Origin: Amphiscolops sp. MND2022
Lineage: Eukaryota
Direction: 5' to 3'
DNA: 64,000 nucleotides
Assembly (NCBI GenBank): GCA_964187785.1
Contig: OZ076409.1
Location: forward strand, 80,168,001-80,232,000
Shown here in pieces: positions 48,280 through 60,699 of the stretch. Every line of letters begins with the position of its first letter. Positions within the stretch are counted from its first letter, which is position 1. The translations under genes were made by a program, and so were the position numbers. The notes below the pieces were generated by a model, which ran no database searches, had not been told where the DNA came from, and saw nothing but the letters and a program-made list of their open reading frames with translations.

Positions 48280-51200
48280 TCAGTTTTGAGAACTCGTGTT
48301 GACATTCAGCGGATTGTAATACGCATAATCCTTTTTCCAGTTTGATGGGGGGTTTGCTCGCAAATTGTATTTGTTTTTTCGTGGAGAATTCTGGGTTGGG
48401 GTATCATTTACATAGTTGTCTGAACTGGCGCCAGGTAGTGTGTCGTTTGGGGGTTCATCTGGGTTAGGTGTTATGTGGAAATCTTCTGGGTCGGGTGATC
48501 GGGTGTTTCTTGTAGTCGCTTGATCTTCGGGTGGGTCGGGAAACGTTACAGTGGGTTCCTTCTGTAAATGGGTGTTAGGTGTTGGGGCAAAATCTTCGGA
48601 GTTTGACTGCCAGGCTTGGGCATATAGGTCGTCATGGAAGACGTCTACTTCCTTGTCCGGTATGAAATCTTTGGACAAAACTGGTTTGTCTGGGAGCGGT
48701 TTGTCAGTTAGGCAAGGTTTCAAACGAATCCTATGAAGGATTTGTGTGAACTTTGTTTGGAGTTTTCGTATGAGGTAATTGTTGTTGGGTAGAGTTTTAA
48801 CAACGATATATGGTCCTGTCCAGAGGTATTCTGTGAATGGGATTTTGGTGCCCTGGGTGTTCGCTTTCGGGTGTAGTGCGTAGCAGTATTCGTTGACATG
48901 TAGGGGGTGAGCATTGGCTTTCTTATCGTAATACTGTTTGTATCGTATATAAGATTGCATCAAGTTTTTGCTCACAGTTTCTTTGATCTGTTGGGTTTTG
49001 TGTAAGATATCTTCCCCATGGGTCGTCGTCGGTTTCGTTTGTTGCGCATTGCGGATGCCGAACTTAAGGTCCAACACGTTGTACGGTATTCTCCCGTGGA
49101 ATACCGTGCTTGGTTCGCATCCAAGTGAGGAGTGGTACGACGTGTTGTAGTTAAGTGTTGCAATGGCCACGTATTGGTGCCACATTGTCCTTCGTTCTCC
49201 TGTTGATATCTTTAGCGATTCTTTTAGGGAGGCGTGGCATCTTTCCAGAATTCCGATGGTTTGGGCAAGTTTGGTTGTGGCATGTCGTAGTTGTATGCCC
49301 AGGGTTCTAGTGGCGTCAGCCACTACTTCAGACATGAATTGAGTGCCTTTATCAGTGATAATTGTGGTTGGTAGGTAGGCGTGGCGGGTCATGATGTCTA
49401 CTAGAACTCGGGCTACTGTGCTGGCGTCTGTTTTGACTACGTTGTATGTAAATAGGTAGCGAGAGAAAACGTCCATCGCCGTGATGATTGCATGGTAGCC
49501 GCCGGATGGCTCGTCGAAAGGGACGATATCCATTTGGAGTGCGTCCTCAGGGCCCAGGGCCAGCTTGGATGTGTCTATCATCGGGGGCGTAATGGATCGT
49601 TTGTCGATTCGTTTCGTCTGCATGCATTCAGTGCAGCGGGAGATGTGGTGGGCTATCCTGGCTGCCATGCCCGGGTAGTAATATTTCTCTCGACATTGTT
49701 GGATTACTTTCGCTATTCCAGGGGGTTTGTTCCCTTGTCCGTGGTGCGCTAGGATGAATGAGTCGATCAAGTGCTCAGGTAGCAGAATTTGTAGGAATTT
49801 GACCTTTCCAGCGTTGTCAAAGTACTGCCGGTATAGCAGTCCGTCCTTTAGAATTATTCTGCTATCCTGTGCGATGTATCGAGCTGCGCGGGGGTCGCTT
49901 GCTAAGAGTTGCTCATTGTATGGTTCCTTAAGCAAGCGGAGTTTATAGTTCCTCAGGACATTGTCTTTATCTTGTTGGTGTCTCATGGTTTTCAATGGGC
50001 TATCATCTTCCGTTGTAGTCTCAGGGGTCGTTTGGGTTACGAGTACTTCCGTTTGAAATATGGTAACTTCTTGGTCACTGCTCGTCGTTTCTATAGTCGT
50101 TTCGTTTGAAGGGGGAGGAGAGTCATCTTTGGCGGTAAATTTCTTGCGGGCACGGAGCTTGCGCTCCCAGATTTGCTCCTCTGTTTCTGTGTCGTCATCG
50201 GGCATAAAGAAGAATTGTTCTTCTTCCGCGACATCGGACGACTGGATGTTGACCTGTATCGGTGTGGTGGTGATGTCGTCTCGGATCGTTAGGTGGACCT
50301 TTTCTTTCGGGTGGAGGTCGAGGCGGGACAGAAAGTCCGCTGCAGTATTCATCTTGCCCGGTACATGAGCAATGGTGAAACGGAACTGGAGGACGAAATC
50401 GCATGCGTTCCACAAGGCTGGTGGAATGATTTTCGTCTGGAAAAAGCGTGTCACAGATTTGTTGTCCGTGAGTACAACAACCGGTTTGGTTGATTCCCAA
50501 AGAATGTGGCTATACTCCATGAAGGCGAAGTAGATAGCCAGGAATTCTTTCGCGTATATGGGCATTTTTATCTGGGATGGGGAGAACATTTTGGAGCCAA
50601 ATGCCACAGGTGCATAAGTTTTCTTGACTGACGTGATTTTTTCTTCTTCATTCTCTTCAATCATGAGGGCGTAGCCCGCGTTTTTGAAGTTGGCGTCGGT
50701 CATGAGCACGTATTGTCTGTTGGGCATGGGTTGTTTGAGCCACAGACCACATGCGTTGTCCAAAGATTTGTTGATGCTGGAGAAACTGTTCATGATCTCG
50801 TTTGTGATCTTGATGGGTTTTTCGGCTTTGATAAGGTCGTGGAACGGGGCTATCTTTTCGGAAAGTCTGGGAATGTAATTCCGGTAATAATTGACGAAGC
50901 CGATGTAGCGCTGGAGGCCCTTTTTGGTTTTCGGGAAGGTTAGTTTTTGTAGGTAGTTGTGAATCTTCTGGTCTTGGGGGGCCATTCCTTCCGGCGACAC
51001 TGTTCGTCCAAGGAATTGGACTTCCTTGGCACCAAACTGGCATTTGGCCATTGTCAAACGCAGTCCTGCTTCGCGGACGCACTGAAAAACCTCACGCAGG
51101 TTGGTCTTCAGCTCCTCGGCGTTGTGGGTGGCAATCCCGATGTCGTCAACGTACTGAGCACATTTGTCAGCCTTGATGACTCGATCGAGGTATTCTCTCA

Positions 51201-53715
51201 TGAAGCTCGAGAAGGAGGAGAGGGACCTGCTGAGTCCTTGTGCGAGGCGCAGGTAAGCAAATGTTCGACTAGCGAAGTTGAAAGCTAGGAGTTCTACCGA
51301 CTTTTTGTCTGCCATTTGCAAGACGTGATAAGCCTGGGAGCAGTCTAGCTTGCAGAATAACTTTTTCCCTGCGAGGTGTTGAGCTGCATCGGAGAGGGTG
51401 CTGACCGGATGGTTGTTGTTCGTGTAGTCGTCAGCTATTAGACTGTTGATTTTACGGAGGTCCACTAGCAGTCTGAGGCGCCCATTTGGCTTCCTTTGAG
51501 CAAATATGGGGCTAGCATACTTGCTGAACGGCAGTGTAGTTATGATGCCGTAGTAGTGCATCAGGGCAAGTTCGACCGTGAGGTCTTCCTTGAGGTTTAC
51601 TGGACAGGGTAGGCTTTGCGTGTATGCAGGCTGGTCGTTTTTGGGCGTTAGTTTTATTTTGAATTCATGGTTTACTCCAATATCTAATCGGTGGCGAGCG
51701 AATATGTCGTGGTATTCGACAAGGATGTCTTCTATATCCTTCCTGTCTTGTTCGCCGAGCTGTGAGTCTTCCCACTTGAAATTCTCGAGGAATTTCTGTT
51801 TTTCCTGCAGGCTGTTTGTGGGGTTCAGTTTCTGAATTTCCTCCAATTCTTCGATTTCCCTGAGAATCCGTCTTTGGACTGGCGTGTGAGTGGAGGGATC
51901 ACCCGGGTTGTCCGGTGTGGGGAACCAAAACTGTTGGGTCGTTTCTGGTTTCTCCGTTGTTTTTAGCAGTTCGTGTACGTACTCTAGTGCTTGTTCTGAG
52001 TCGTCTTCTGTTAGGACCTTTAATGCTGCTGTGGATAGTGGTTTGATGTTCTTGGCTTCTTTTGGTGTTGTTATGTGGAATTCGGCTACCACCGTGTTCT
52101 TCTTGATTGTGAAAGGGGTGGGTGAAGTATTCGTTATTCGGATTGGCACCTTCATTTCGTGGGCGGTGGATAGAGAGCTGGCAATTGCTATTGGTTTATC
52201 TTCGGTGTATGATGGTATCGGGTGAATGACACCGGTGGTATCTGCTATTGACCTGATGTTGACTGCGGCTTCCACCGTGATGCACTGGTCAGGAGCCAGT
52301 GTTGTTTGGTTGGGGATGCTCACTTTGTATGGTTTCGCTGGTTGTTCTTCGGACACTGGGTTTATTGCGTAGGTTAAGTGGGGGAAGTGGAGGAGTCCTT
52401 GACTGGCATCCAGGATGGCACTATTGGACTTTAGGAAGGTGAGGCCTAAAATGGGGCCAGTGATCTTGTTCGCCACGATGAACGTTTCTTTGAATGTCCA
52501 ATCGCCAATTTCAAACTGGAGTTGGATTGTCCTGATTGGGCTTTCGATGTCGCCATTTGCGACTTGCAGTTTGAAAGGTGGAGGATCGGTCTCTTGGAGG
52601 ATGTTATCGGGGCTCATGTTTTTCAGTTTTTGGAACTCGCTTTCAGGCATGCAATTGACTAGGGCGCCAGAGTCAATGAGTGCATCTATTGAGAAATGCT
52701 TGAAGTCCATGGGCGCGAAAAGCATGCGTCTTTTCTGTTTGAGGGCAATTGCTGAGAATAGTGGCAGGCATTTCTCGCCTGCTGGTTTGTCACTGGTCGC
52801 GATACTGGTTATTAGGTTTGGGTCCAGCTGTAATAGCGTGTTGTCTTCCTTGTGTTGATGATTTTCGGGTTCGTGGTTTCTTTCGGTATTGAGCTGTGCT
52901 TTGTTGTCAAACTCGCAAGTCAGTGCTCGTTTGATTCGTCGTGTTTTTTGTATTGGGGTGACGCTAGTTTGGGTTGTAGTGTTGACGGGAGGGTCCCCGG
53001 CTTTATGTGCGTCTGATGCCACGGTGATTATGGCTTCCGTTTGGGGTGTGCGTTTTGTGGTTGAGATTTCTGGACTTTGGGGGGAGGATGGTGATGATGT
53101 CATCGAAGCCCTGATTTCGTTGGTGGGTGCCGGAACTCTTATGGGTGACCTATTTGCGGTCGAGTTGGAGACAAGTGTTTTGATGATTGGTTTGAGAGGG
53201 TACTCGGGTGGTGACACAATGACTTGTAACTCCGTTTCTTGTTCGTCGGCGTGGGGTACGGGTGGATGATCATTGTTGTCATCGATTCTCCTCTTGGTTG
53301 TGTCCAGATTCATGTTCGTCTTTTTGACGAATTCGTGGAAGGGGACGTTAATCGTCTCCTTGAATGTTAAGGTCGTTTGGTCGTATAAGTCGGGGTTGTG
53401 ATAGGGGTCGCAACCGTAGTCTGGGTCATGGAAGTAGGTGTCAGGGGTAGAACTGGGAGGGAGGGGGCGTCTAGTTGAATTGTACATTTGGGGGTTTTCT
53501 AAGTACCATGCTGGGTATTGTAATTTGTCGATGGTGGATTTATTGAACTTTATGAGGCGCCGGATAAGCCATCTCCGCTGCCAGTCGGTAGATGGTTCAC
53601 CGGTACACTCTGCGAACATTTCAGAATCGTGGTTCTTCGGAGGTTCAGATATCGTGTAATATCTGTAATCGATGTAGTCTCCGAAGCGAAGACGTGGCTC
53701 TAGAAGTTTTTTGAT
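48280..53715 (-). CDS. pol: Element B Pol (PR-RT-RNaseH-integrase), uninterrupted, in the -1 frame relative to gag
   Basis: LIDSGA, AQYVDD, TDAN and TDNK, integrase MDIVP/TDKG/ILER, GPY and C-terminal YNLR. The frame is open from 53715. Confidence 0.96.
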   Translation of the reverse strand: MKKLLEPRLRFGDYIDYRYYTISEPPKNHDSEMFAECTGEPSTDWQRRWLIRRLIKFNKSTIDKLQYPAWYLENPQMYNSTRRPLPPSSTPDTYFHDPDYGCDPYHNPDLYDQTTLTFKETINVPFHEFVKKTNMNLDTTKRRIDDNNDHPPVPHADEQETELQVIVSPPEYPLKPIIKTLVSNSTANRSPIRVPAPTNEIRASMTSSPSSPQSPEISTTKRTPQTEAIITVASDAHKAGDPPVNTTTQTSVTPIQKTRRIKRALTCEFDNKAQLNTERNHEPENHQHKEDNTLLQLDPNLITSIATSDKPAGEKCLPLFSAIALKQKRRMLFAPMDFKHFSIDALIDSGALVNCMPESEFQKLKNMSPDNILQETDPPPFKLQVANGDIESPIRTIQLQFEIGDWTFKETFIVANKITGPILGLTFLKSNSAILDASQGLLHFPHLTYAINPVSEEQPAKPYKVSIPNQTTLAPDQCITVEAAVNIRSIADTTGVIHPIPSYTEDKPIAIASSLSTAHEMKVPIRITNTSPTPFTIKKNTVVAEFHITTPKEAKNIKPLSTAALKVLTEDDSEQALEYVHELLKTTEKPETTQQFWFPTPDNPGDPSTHTPVQRRILREIEELEEIQKLNPTNSLQEKQKFLENFKWEDSQLGEQDRKDIEDILVEYHDIFARHRLDIGVNHEFKIKLTPKNDQPAYTQSLPCPVNLKEDLTVELALMHYYGIITTLPFSKYASPIFAQRKPNGRLRLLVDLRKINSLIADDYTNNNHPVSTLSDAAQHLAGKKLFCKLDCSQAYHVLQMADKKSVELLAFNFASRTFAYLRLAQGLSRSLSSFSSFMREYLDRVIKADKCAQYVDDIGIATHNAEELKTNLREVFQCVREAGLRLTMAKCQFGAKEVQFLGRTVSPEGMAPQDQKIHNYLQKLTFPKTKKGLQRYIGFVNYYRNYIPRLSEKIAPFHDLIKAEKPIKITNEIMNSFSSINKSLDNACGLWLKQPMPNRQYVLMTDANFKNAGYALMIEENEEEKITSVKKTYAPVAFGSKMFSPSQIKMPIYAKEFLAIYFAFMEYSHILWESTKPVVVLTDNKSVTRFFQTKIIPPALWNACDFVLQFRFTIAHVPGKMNTAADFLSRLDLHPKEKVHLTIRDDITTTPIQVNIQSSDVAEEEQFFFMPDDDTETEEQIWERKLRARKKFTAKDDSPPPSNETTIETTSSDQEVTIFQTEVLVTQTTPETTTEDDSPLKTMRHQQDKDNVLRNYKLRLLKEPYNEQLLASDPRAARYIAQDSRIILKDGLLYRQYFDNAGKVKFLQILLPEHLIDSFILAHHGQGNKPPGIAKVIQQCREKYYYPGMAARIAHHISRCTECMQTKRIDKRSITPPMIDTSKLALGPEDALQMDIVPFDEPSGGYHAIITAMDVFSRYLFTYNVVKTDASTVARVLVDIMTRHAYLPTTIITDKGTQFMSEVVADATRTLGIQLRHATTKLAQTIGILERCHASLKESLKISTGERRTMWHQYVAIATLNYNTSYHSSLGCEPSTVFHGRIPYNVLDLKFGIRNAQQTKPTTTHGEDILHKTQQIKETVSKNLMQSYIRYKQYYDKKANAHPLHVNEYCYALHPKANTQGTKIPFTEYLWTGPYIVVKTLPNNNYLIRKLQTKFTQILHRIRLKPCLTDKPLPDKPVLSKDFIPDKEVDVFHDDLYAQAWQSNSEDFAPTPNTHLQKEPTVTFPDPPEDQATTRNTRSPDPEDFHITPNPDEPPNDTLPGASSDNYVNDTPTQNSPRKNKYNLRANPPSNWKKDYAYYNPLNVNTSSQN

Positions 53716-55129
53716 TCATTCGTTGACTGCGTTACAGTCGGTGGTTGAGGCATTGGTGTAGTTTGTGGCTGCTGCATTGGGATGGTTTGTGGATGTTGGG
53801 CGATGGGGATGTTGTTGGGTGGCGTTGTTTTGGGCGTTTTCCACCACGTGGGACGGTTTTCCCAATTCGCACCTGAATAACAGTCCTTTGTCTCGTGGCT
53901 CATTTTGCCGCATGTCTCGCACGGTGAGGCTTGTGCTGTGGTATTGTTTCTTTGGGATCGTTTGTCCCTATTGGTTTTGCGGCAATTTCGTAGTAGGTGT
54001 CCCGGATTGCCGCACCCAAAGCATGTTCCCGTTGTTTTGGGGGGTTTGTTCTGTTGTTGTTGTTGTTGTTGTTGTAGGGAGGGTTCAATGTTGTGTATCC
54101 CGGTTATTGATGTGCTGTCAGTAGTGGCGAGTCCATTGAGTTCGATTTCTCGTTCCAAGTGCTGGACCATTGTTTCGTATGATTCTGTCTCGAGTCTGGC
54201 TTGGTTTAGGACCTTCTTGAGGTGGGGGGCATTTTGGCATAAAAGGAGGTTTCTATGAAACGAGGGGCGTCCTCCCCGTAAGCTTCTTGTGCTAACTTTT
54301 GATACTGCTCTAGGAAGTCTGGGAATGTTTGTTGGCTTGGGTTGAACGCCAGATTTTCCCATTTGCAGCGTGCTGTTGCTACTGACTGTTGTCTGACATA
54401 CCGTCGGCGGAAGCCTGCGAGGATGTCGTTCAGGTGTTCTCGAGTTGCGTCGGTCATGTTCCTGAACGTTTGTAGTGCTTCGCCTCTCAGGAGAGAGTGG
54501 AAATAGTGAATTTTCTCCTCTTCTGTGATATTCGGGTACACTTTCAGACTTGTTTGAAATAGATCCTCAAAGTGTTCAAACTTGTCCGTTTTTCCATCAA
54601 ATGTGGGCATCGTGGTGGACATGGCTTTGGGCAGCCTGGGTATTCCGGTGTTGTGCGTCGTTGCCGTTTGCAGCGATTGTAAGAGTTTGTCAATGAAGTC
54701 ATCAGGGTACCTCTGGTTTGGAGGCGGCAGGCTTGATGATCTCTGGTGGGCGCTTCCTTGCTGGTTCGCTGAAACTCCTGTCACCATGTTGGAACTTACG
54801 TTCCTATTAATACTTTCGTTTCCTGTATTTTCTATCGGGTCCGTTTCCAGTTCGAAATGTACGGCAGAACTACACTGTTCTGAGACAGAATTGGACAGAT
54901 TGTCCACTTTTGATGCTAAGTTCTCGATCAACCTCAGAATTTCTCTCTGTCCGAATTCAGTGTCTCTTAAACGCTTGGACAAACGATTCTCTATTTTATT
55001 GGAGATATCTTCGAAATCTTGTTCAGAGAGGCTAACATTTTCGTCATTTGAGGCGTTACAATTCTCAATTTCCTCTTGGCTAGTCCCTTGGTCACTCCTT
55101 AGCTTTCTTTTCTGTGACTTTTCGGGCAT
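53700..55129 (-). pseudogene. gag: Element B Gag, starting inside the 5' LTR; 1-nt frameshift in a C-run near 54225; two CCHC knuckles
   Basis: PTFDG...KIHYFHSLLRGEA capsid-like segment homologous to element A; knuckles CFGCGNPGHLLRNC and CETCGKMSHETKDC. Confidence 0.92.
54773..54786 (-). promoter_or_regulatory. Element B primer-binding site TGGTGACAGGAGTT (tRNA-Leu-like)
   Basis: Abuts the LTR end and is identical to the element A PBS. Confidence 0.8.
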
Positions 55130-56685
55130 TTTCAAGAAAGTATTCCTGCTTGGAAAATTGAATTGAGTATTTTCTTGATAATAGTTATAGGTAAACTATT
55201 CCCAAGCAACGCTGGTTAATCACGAAATAATACCCAAAAGTTCAAAGATTACGGACGAATGGTTTTCAACAAACGGGTGAAATCAACAATTATCAAAAGT
55301 AGAGATTTACAAAATAATACTTGGAAAAACGATCAAAGTAGTTCGTACAATCATGAAATTACTTCTGGTCCTTTCCTTATCCCGCTTCAGGTATTTATAC
55401 TTTACGCTAGACACGCGGAATAAATCCCGCGCGTGAATTCACACCTTGTTCAGCTCGGCGTCCTTCCGAGGCGGGAAACTTTGAATCAGGTCCACATCCT
55501 CGGGACTCGGCTCTCGGCGTCATCTCACTTTTAAGGAAAAGTGGGAATCAACTTCCTGCCGAAGTCCCAATTCCGCTTCGCTTACTTCTCAGCTTCCCGC
55601 CAATTCAAGACGCCGAACCAAAGTCGGCACTGAAATTCATGAACCTAGCTACTAAAGCGGGAAAGGAAAGTGAAATTGTCATCGAATAATCCCAAATTTT
55701 ACTGCCAATAAATTAAGGGAAAAGCTTCAAATGAATAAATCAACAGCACTGATTTACATTAAATCAGATAATTATGGCTGTCAAATGTCATTTTAAGTTG
55801 AACCGAACAATAAAAATCCTGGATGAACGCCAGGTAACATGTTTCATTTCGAGTAGCCTAGCCGGTTGACCAGGCGGTTGACTCAATTATACATGAACAG
55901 AACAATACATGTGAAGGTGAATGTTAGCACGGGGGGGTTATTTTATCACAATATTATTATATATTATAATCAACAAGGACGGCTTTGCAATTTAGGTGGT
56001 TGGAAGTTGCATTTCAATTAACTATTTTCAATCATCTGTCCAGGCTGTTGTTTCATTAAGGAAAAATAGCGCCTTGCCTGGGAGATTGACTCAGATGGAA
56101 AGTGGATTAAACATATTATGATACTTCAAAATATCGTTGATTGGCGTTTATTAGGTGTTCTTTTGGTACTTAGCTTCTTTTAAGCTGTGACAAACTCATT
56201 TGAAAATTGCATCGATTAATTATAATTTGAGTACTCAGGTAGTGCGACTGAGCGAGCGTCCCAGCTTCAGTCGACTGGTAAGTTGCCTGGGACGTTGACT
56301 CAGTTATTCAATTTGTAACAACTGCGCTCGAATCTGATTGGTCAATATGAATTGGCTTAATGAAATTTGCTACTTCAGCTGAGGCGAATCCCCAGTCAAC
56401 GCGTTGATTGAATTAATTTCAGTCAGCGCACTGGCTAGGTTGACTAAACAAATACTGCATTCACTATTATTATTTAATTATTTACATATGTATGTATTTT
56501 AGCTACAGCACAGAGGAGGGGAATGTACGATTGTGTGTTATTCAAATAATATCAAGCTGTTTGTTGTCCTTTTTATTTTAGATTTGTTTATGGTAATTCT
56601 GGTCAGTTCTGATTGATTTCCTCACTCTCTTCTTCAGGCGTTCCTCCCGTTGTATGTGTCCCGTGACGCCTCTGGGGTCGCGACA
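54787..56685 (-). repeat. Element B 5' LTR
   Basis: Direct repeat of 41230-43128. Confidence 0.97.
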
Positions 56686-56876
56686 GTGTGATAATGATAT
56701 GACTATCCAAAGCACGGATAATTAATATAAAATTCTGTTCCTATGAAATAATTTCTAATAATTGCTCATCATTTCAACAATTTTTCCTGATCAATGGATG
56801 ATTTGGAGTGTTGTCATAATGATGTCTATATTTTTTGTGATTTTGAAATTTCTGATGAGTTTTGATTGATTGACAA

Positions 56877-58780
56877 CCCAGTGTAAAAACTCTTGGAACT
56901 CTTGCCAAGATCTAGCATATTCTTATACACTTTGGTAGCAAAAAGCGACGTAAAGCTGAAAATCAAATCTTATTCAGTTTGTGAAGAACTTTTCATTTTC
57001 ATTCTTAACCGGAAGTGAAATCAATCACTCTTGATTTAAACATTGTTGAAAATGGTCAAACCATTGGATTCATACGTTGTTTGCAAAATCGTTACACTTC
57101 GCGAAAGGGGTTTATCAAAGAAATTAAAGAAAAGTTGGGCCTTAAATCTCGATCGACAGCTCAAACAGCTTATCAGCGTTTTTGAGAACGAACTCTTATG
57201 TGGCGAAAAAACCTCCAGGCCGGCCAGAAAAGCTCAGCAAAAAAGAGCGAAGACTAATATTTTGAAGAGTGGAAAAGACCCAAAAACACAAAAACAACAT
57301 TAGAACGAGTAAGAGTACTGCAAATCTTTTTCAACGTCAACAACAAGACGTACAATTCGAAGAATCCTGAAGAAGTACGGAATTGTTTCTAGAAAAGCCG
57401 CAAAAAAGATCAACTTGAACAAAACACAAAGACTGATCAGAAAACGTTGGTGCTCGAGTATGGTGAAAAAGCCCCTTGGTTTTTATCCAGCTTCAATTTT
57501 CCACCGAAAATGAGAAAAAGATTTGGAATTTTTTGAAAAAAAATAATTGAAAAAAATCTCAAATTGCCGGAAAAACCAAAACGAAATAAAAAGTTTCATC
57601 AAATCAATCACTTTTTGCATTTTCGTTCTGAGTTTTGGTTGGATGGAAACTAGGCTTCTGGGAAAACGTCGTATTTTCAGACGAAACTCGTGTGCGCTTG
57701 AATAGTGACGGCGTTGTGCGCGTGTTCAAGAAAACTGGTCGTCGCTTTTGCCCCAAAAACACCCAAGAACTAAGCACAGGCAGAAGATCTATGATGTTTG
57801 AGGGGGCATCAGATCAGATGGCAGGAAAATGCTACTTAAATGTCCAGCAACACTTAACAGTTACGGATAATTGGAGACTTTAAAGCAATACGATCGACAT
57901 TTGATCATACAGGAATTGGTGTTCCAGCAAGACAACGCCCCAGTACACAAAAGTGAAGTTGTTCGCAGTTTTCTAGCCCGAAAGCAACGGGAGGTGCTGG
58001 ATTGGCCAGCTTACAGTCCTGACCTGAATCCTTTTGAAAATCTTTGAGCCATTTAAAAAAAATCTTGCGAGGTCAGATTGTTAGCTGGGAGAATTTAGAA
58101 GAAAAGGTTATGGAAGCGTGGAACAACATAAACCCTGAAGTTGTTCGCAACTTGTACTTATCGTATGGGAATCGCCTGGTGAAGGTAATCAAAAACCATG
58201 GAAGTTTGACGGGATTTTGATTTATGATTTGTTTTAGCAGTTGTTTCAAAAACTCTGTTCTGAGTTTTTTTTTAAAAAAAGTTGGTGTACGTAGCTTTTT
58301 GATACCATAGTGTATATTCCCGTTCACTCTTGAACTCTTGATAAGATCTTGTTTATTCTTGCTTCGTACAAACCTCTTGAATTTCTTGGTAGTGTTCTTG
58401 GTAAGAGTCTTATCAAGAGTGTCAAGAGAATGAATTTTGTTTACAAGTATTTTGCTGTTGTTCGCACTACCAGCTACACTATCAGTCTTCGAAGTATTGG
58501 ATACAGGACAACACAAAGTAGTGAATTTCAGAACGTGATGGCTTGGTTGGTATCGCGAAAAGCTGCAGCATAATAGGTAACCTGATCAAGCTGCAGTTGG
58601 CGTCAGTTTCTGTTTGTTTTCGTTCACTTTTGTCAGTTCATCTCTTGAATTTCTCGGCACGATCTTGCAAGATCTTGCAAATTCGTGGAATTCTTGGTAA
58701 GAATCTTGGCAAGATTCTTACCAAGAAATTCAGGAATATCCAAGATTCTTATCGAGAGTTGCAAGTGTTTTTACACTGGG
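56877..58780 (+). mobile_element. Decayed Tc1-like DNA transposon with 28-bp imperfect terminal inverted repeats
   Basis: CCCAGTGTAAAAACTCTTGGAACTCTTG (56877-56904) matches the inverted copy at 58753-58780 at 25 of 28 positions and encloses a transposase relic. Confidence 0.8.
57052..58220 (+). pseudogene. Tc1-family DD34E transposase, frameshifted
   Basis: VVFSDETR, FQQDNAPVH and WPAYSPDLNPFENL motifs; 34 residues between the second D and the E. Confidence 0.9.
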
Positions 58781-60019
58781 AAGAGTTAGCACTTTCTTGA
58801 TTCGATATGAAATGTGGGACGGGAAAATTGTTTTAGAAGTATTCTACAAAAAATCGGCAAAGTATGTTCCACTGGAAAACTGGAAAGTATGTTCCACTTG
58901 GTCTAGAAGTAAACTTATAGGTGATTGGGCCTGAGACTCAAGGGTAAGTGGTGTAACGACTCCTGTTAGGGTCGTTGTTCTGTACATTTTTGATTATTTT
59001 TGTTGCTTTTTTGAAGGACATTCTTCTTTTCTAGCTTCTCTTGATGAAAAGATTTTCGGATTTATCAATTTTGAATTGAAGTTTGCAGAGTAATTGTTTT
59101 AACAAAGTAGAATTTGATAGACAGCAGATTGAATCAGAAATTGAATGAATAAGTTTACAGGTACAAGCTATATATACTCTCCTAGCATCATCTGTTCATA
59201 CTCGCGTACTTTAATTTCCATCGAGATTTTAGTCACTTCCTGTAACTTTGCGGCAAAATTTTGATCTTCGTCAGCATTTCGTCAATTTTTAAGACACGGC
59301 AATTCTAATCTAGTATTAGTCATCAATCATGATCATATCATTTCATTCCGGCGTCCTTTTGTTTCCTCCCAAGCAAGAAGTAGATATTACTTCAGTCTGT
59401 CAAACCGGAAATACTTCCCCGTTTTTCTGCTTTGGTTCGTAAGAAACCGACGCGGAGATGACGTTGACGTGAACAACTAATACCTGATTTTGAATTTCCA
59501 TTTGAAGAAAATTATGACTAATTATCTTGATTTAGGCAATTTGGTGATGCTAACAGAGTGACTGATTTACATGAGGCTAAACAATTATATATTTCAACAA
59601 TTGATAAACATTTATCTGATTAATGTTAGGAGCAACACCTTTGAGCAACAATAAAAGACGACGTGACATCGTCAAACAGCATTTGAACTTATGAAATTAG
59701 GTAGTCAAAACGTACATTTAAAATCCAGCTTGGACTTCACTTTATTAACACAAATTGAATATAAACTGTGACTTTTCAATGTAAATCGTATCAAAACACT
59801 GTTATTTTAAGTAAATCTGAAAAATCCTGGCTTAAATACCATATTCCGTTCGAATTGAATCTTAGTCGACGCAATACTGACGTAGATTCAAAATTTGGTT
59901 TGGTTAGTTAAATTGCGACGTTGTGTTGACGTTGATTCATATTCTAGCTTCGATTAGTTTTACCGTAGTAAAATGAAGCTTCTTTTAAGGTTAATACAGA
60001 CTAAAACGCCTAATTTCAT

Positions 60020-60420
60020 AAATTTGGGACGTAGAGTGGACGTAAATTTGGTATTACACTGAGTCCGCCATTATAGTGGACGTAGCGTGGACGTAAATGT
60101 GGTGTTTTGGATGGATTAAAACAGCTATTTTGATGGATTTGCGACGTAACGTGGACGTACGTATTAGTATTAGACTTAGTCCGCCGATATAGTGGACGTA
60201 AATTTGGAATGAAAATTAGCTAGCTGCCATAGCTGTGACGTCATTTCGTCGTCTGATTTGGAATACTTTCTAGCTAGTTGCCAAGTTAGACGAGATGCTG
60301 ACGTCACATTTTGGAATGAATTTCTGACTAGCTGCCAAGTTAGACGAGATGCTGACGTCACATTTTGGAATGAAATTCTAGCTAGCTGCCATAGCTGTGA
60401 CGTAGCGTAGTCGCGACGCA
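60020..60420. repeat. Local repeat cluster (GTGGACGTA motifs and a roughly 56-bp tandem duplication)
   Basis: TGCCAAGTTAGACGAGATGCTGACGTCACATTTTGGAATGAA occurs twice (about 60279 and 60333) and CTAGCTGCCATAGCTGTGACGT twice. Confidence 0.7.
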
Positions 60421-60699
60421 AATTCAATCGTATTGGCGAAGCGGTGACCTCTATTAGTTTTAGTTTGCTTTTAATTCAATCCAGTCCGGGCGCGGACTGT
60501 GACAAGTGGGTTTGAGTCCCTCGCTAAACCAAAGTTTATTCGAAGTTTAACCAAAGACTAAACTGTTTTCATTTCGGAAGTTCCCTCTATTTTCTTGTTT
60601 TTCAACAAGGAAAAGCGTTTCTCGAGCTAAGGTTGTCACTTTGGTTTTTTCGACACTATGCTATTTTTCCAGATTTTTTTGTTATCGGCGTTGATATCC

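Larger units (their letters stand above)
41230..56685 (-). mobile_element. Element B: full-length large Ty3/Gypsy LTR retrotransposon (15,456 bp)
   Basis: Two 1899-bp LTRs (TGT...ACA), TSD GTGTG (41225-41229 and 56686-56690), PBS, gag and an uninterrupted pol. Confidence 0.97.

Noticed and set aside
48551..55166. Many plus-strand ORFs opposite gag-pol of element B (and minus-strand ORFs opposite A)
   Set aside because: Shadow frames of real coding sequence.
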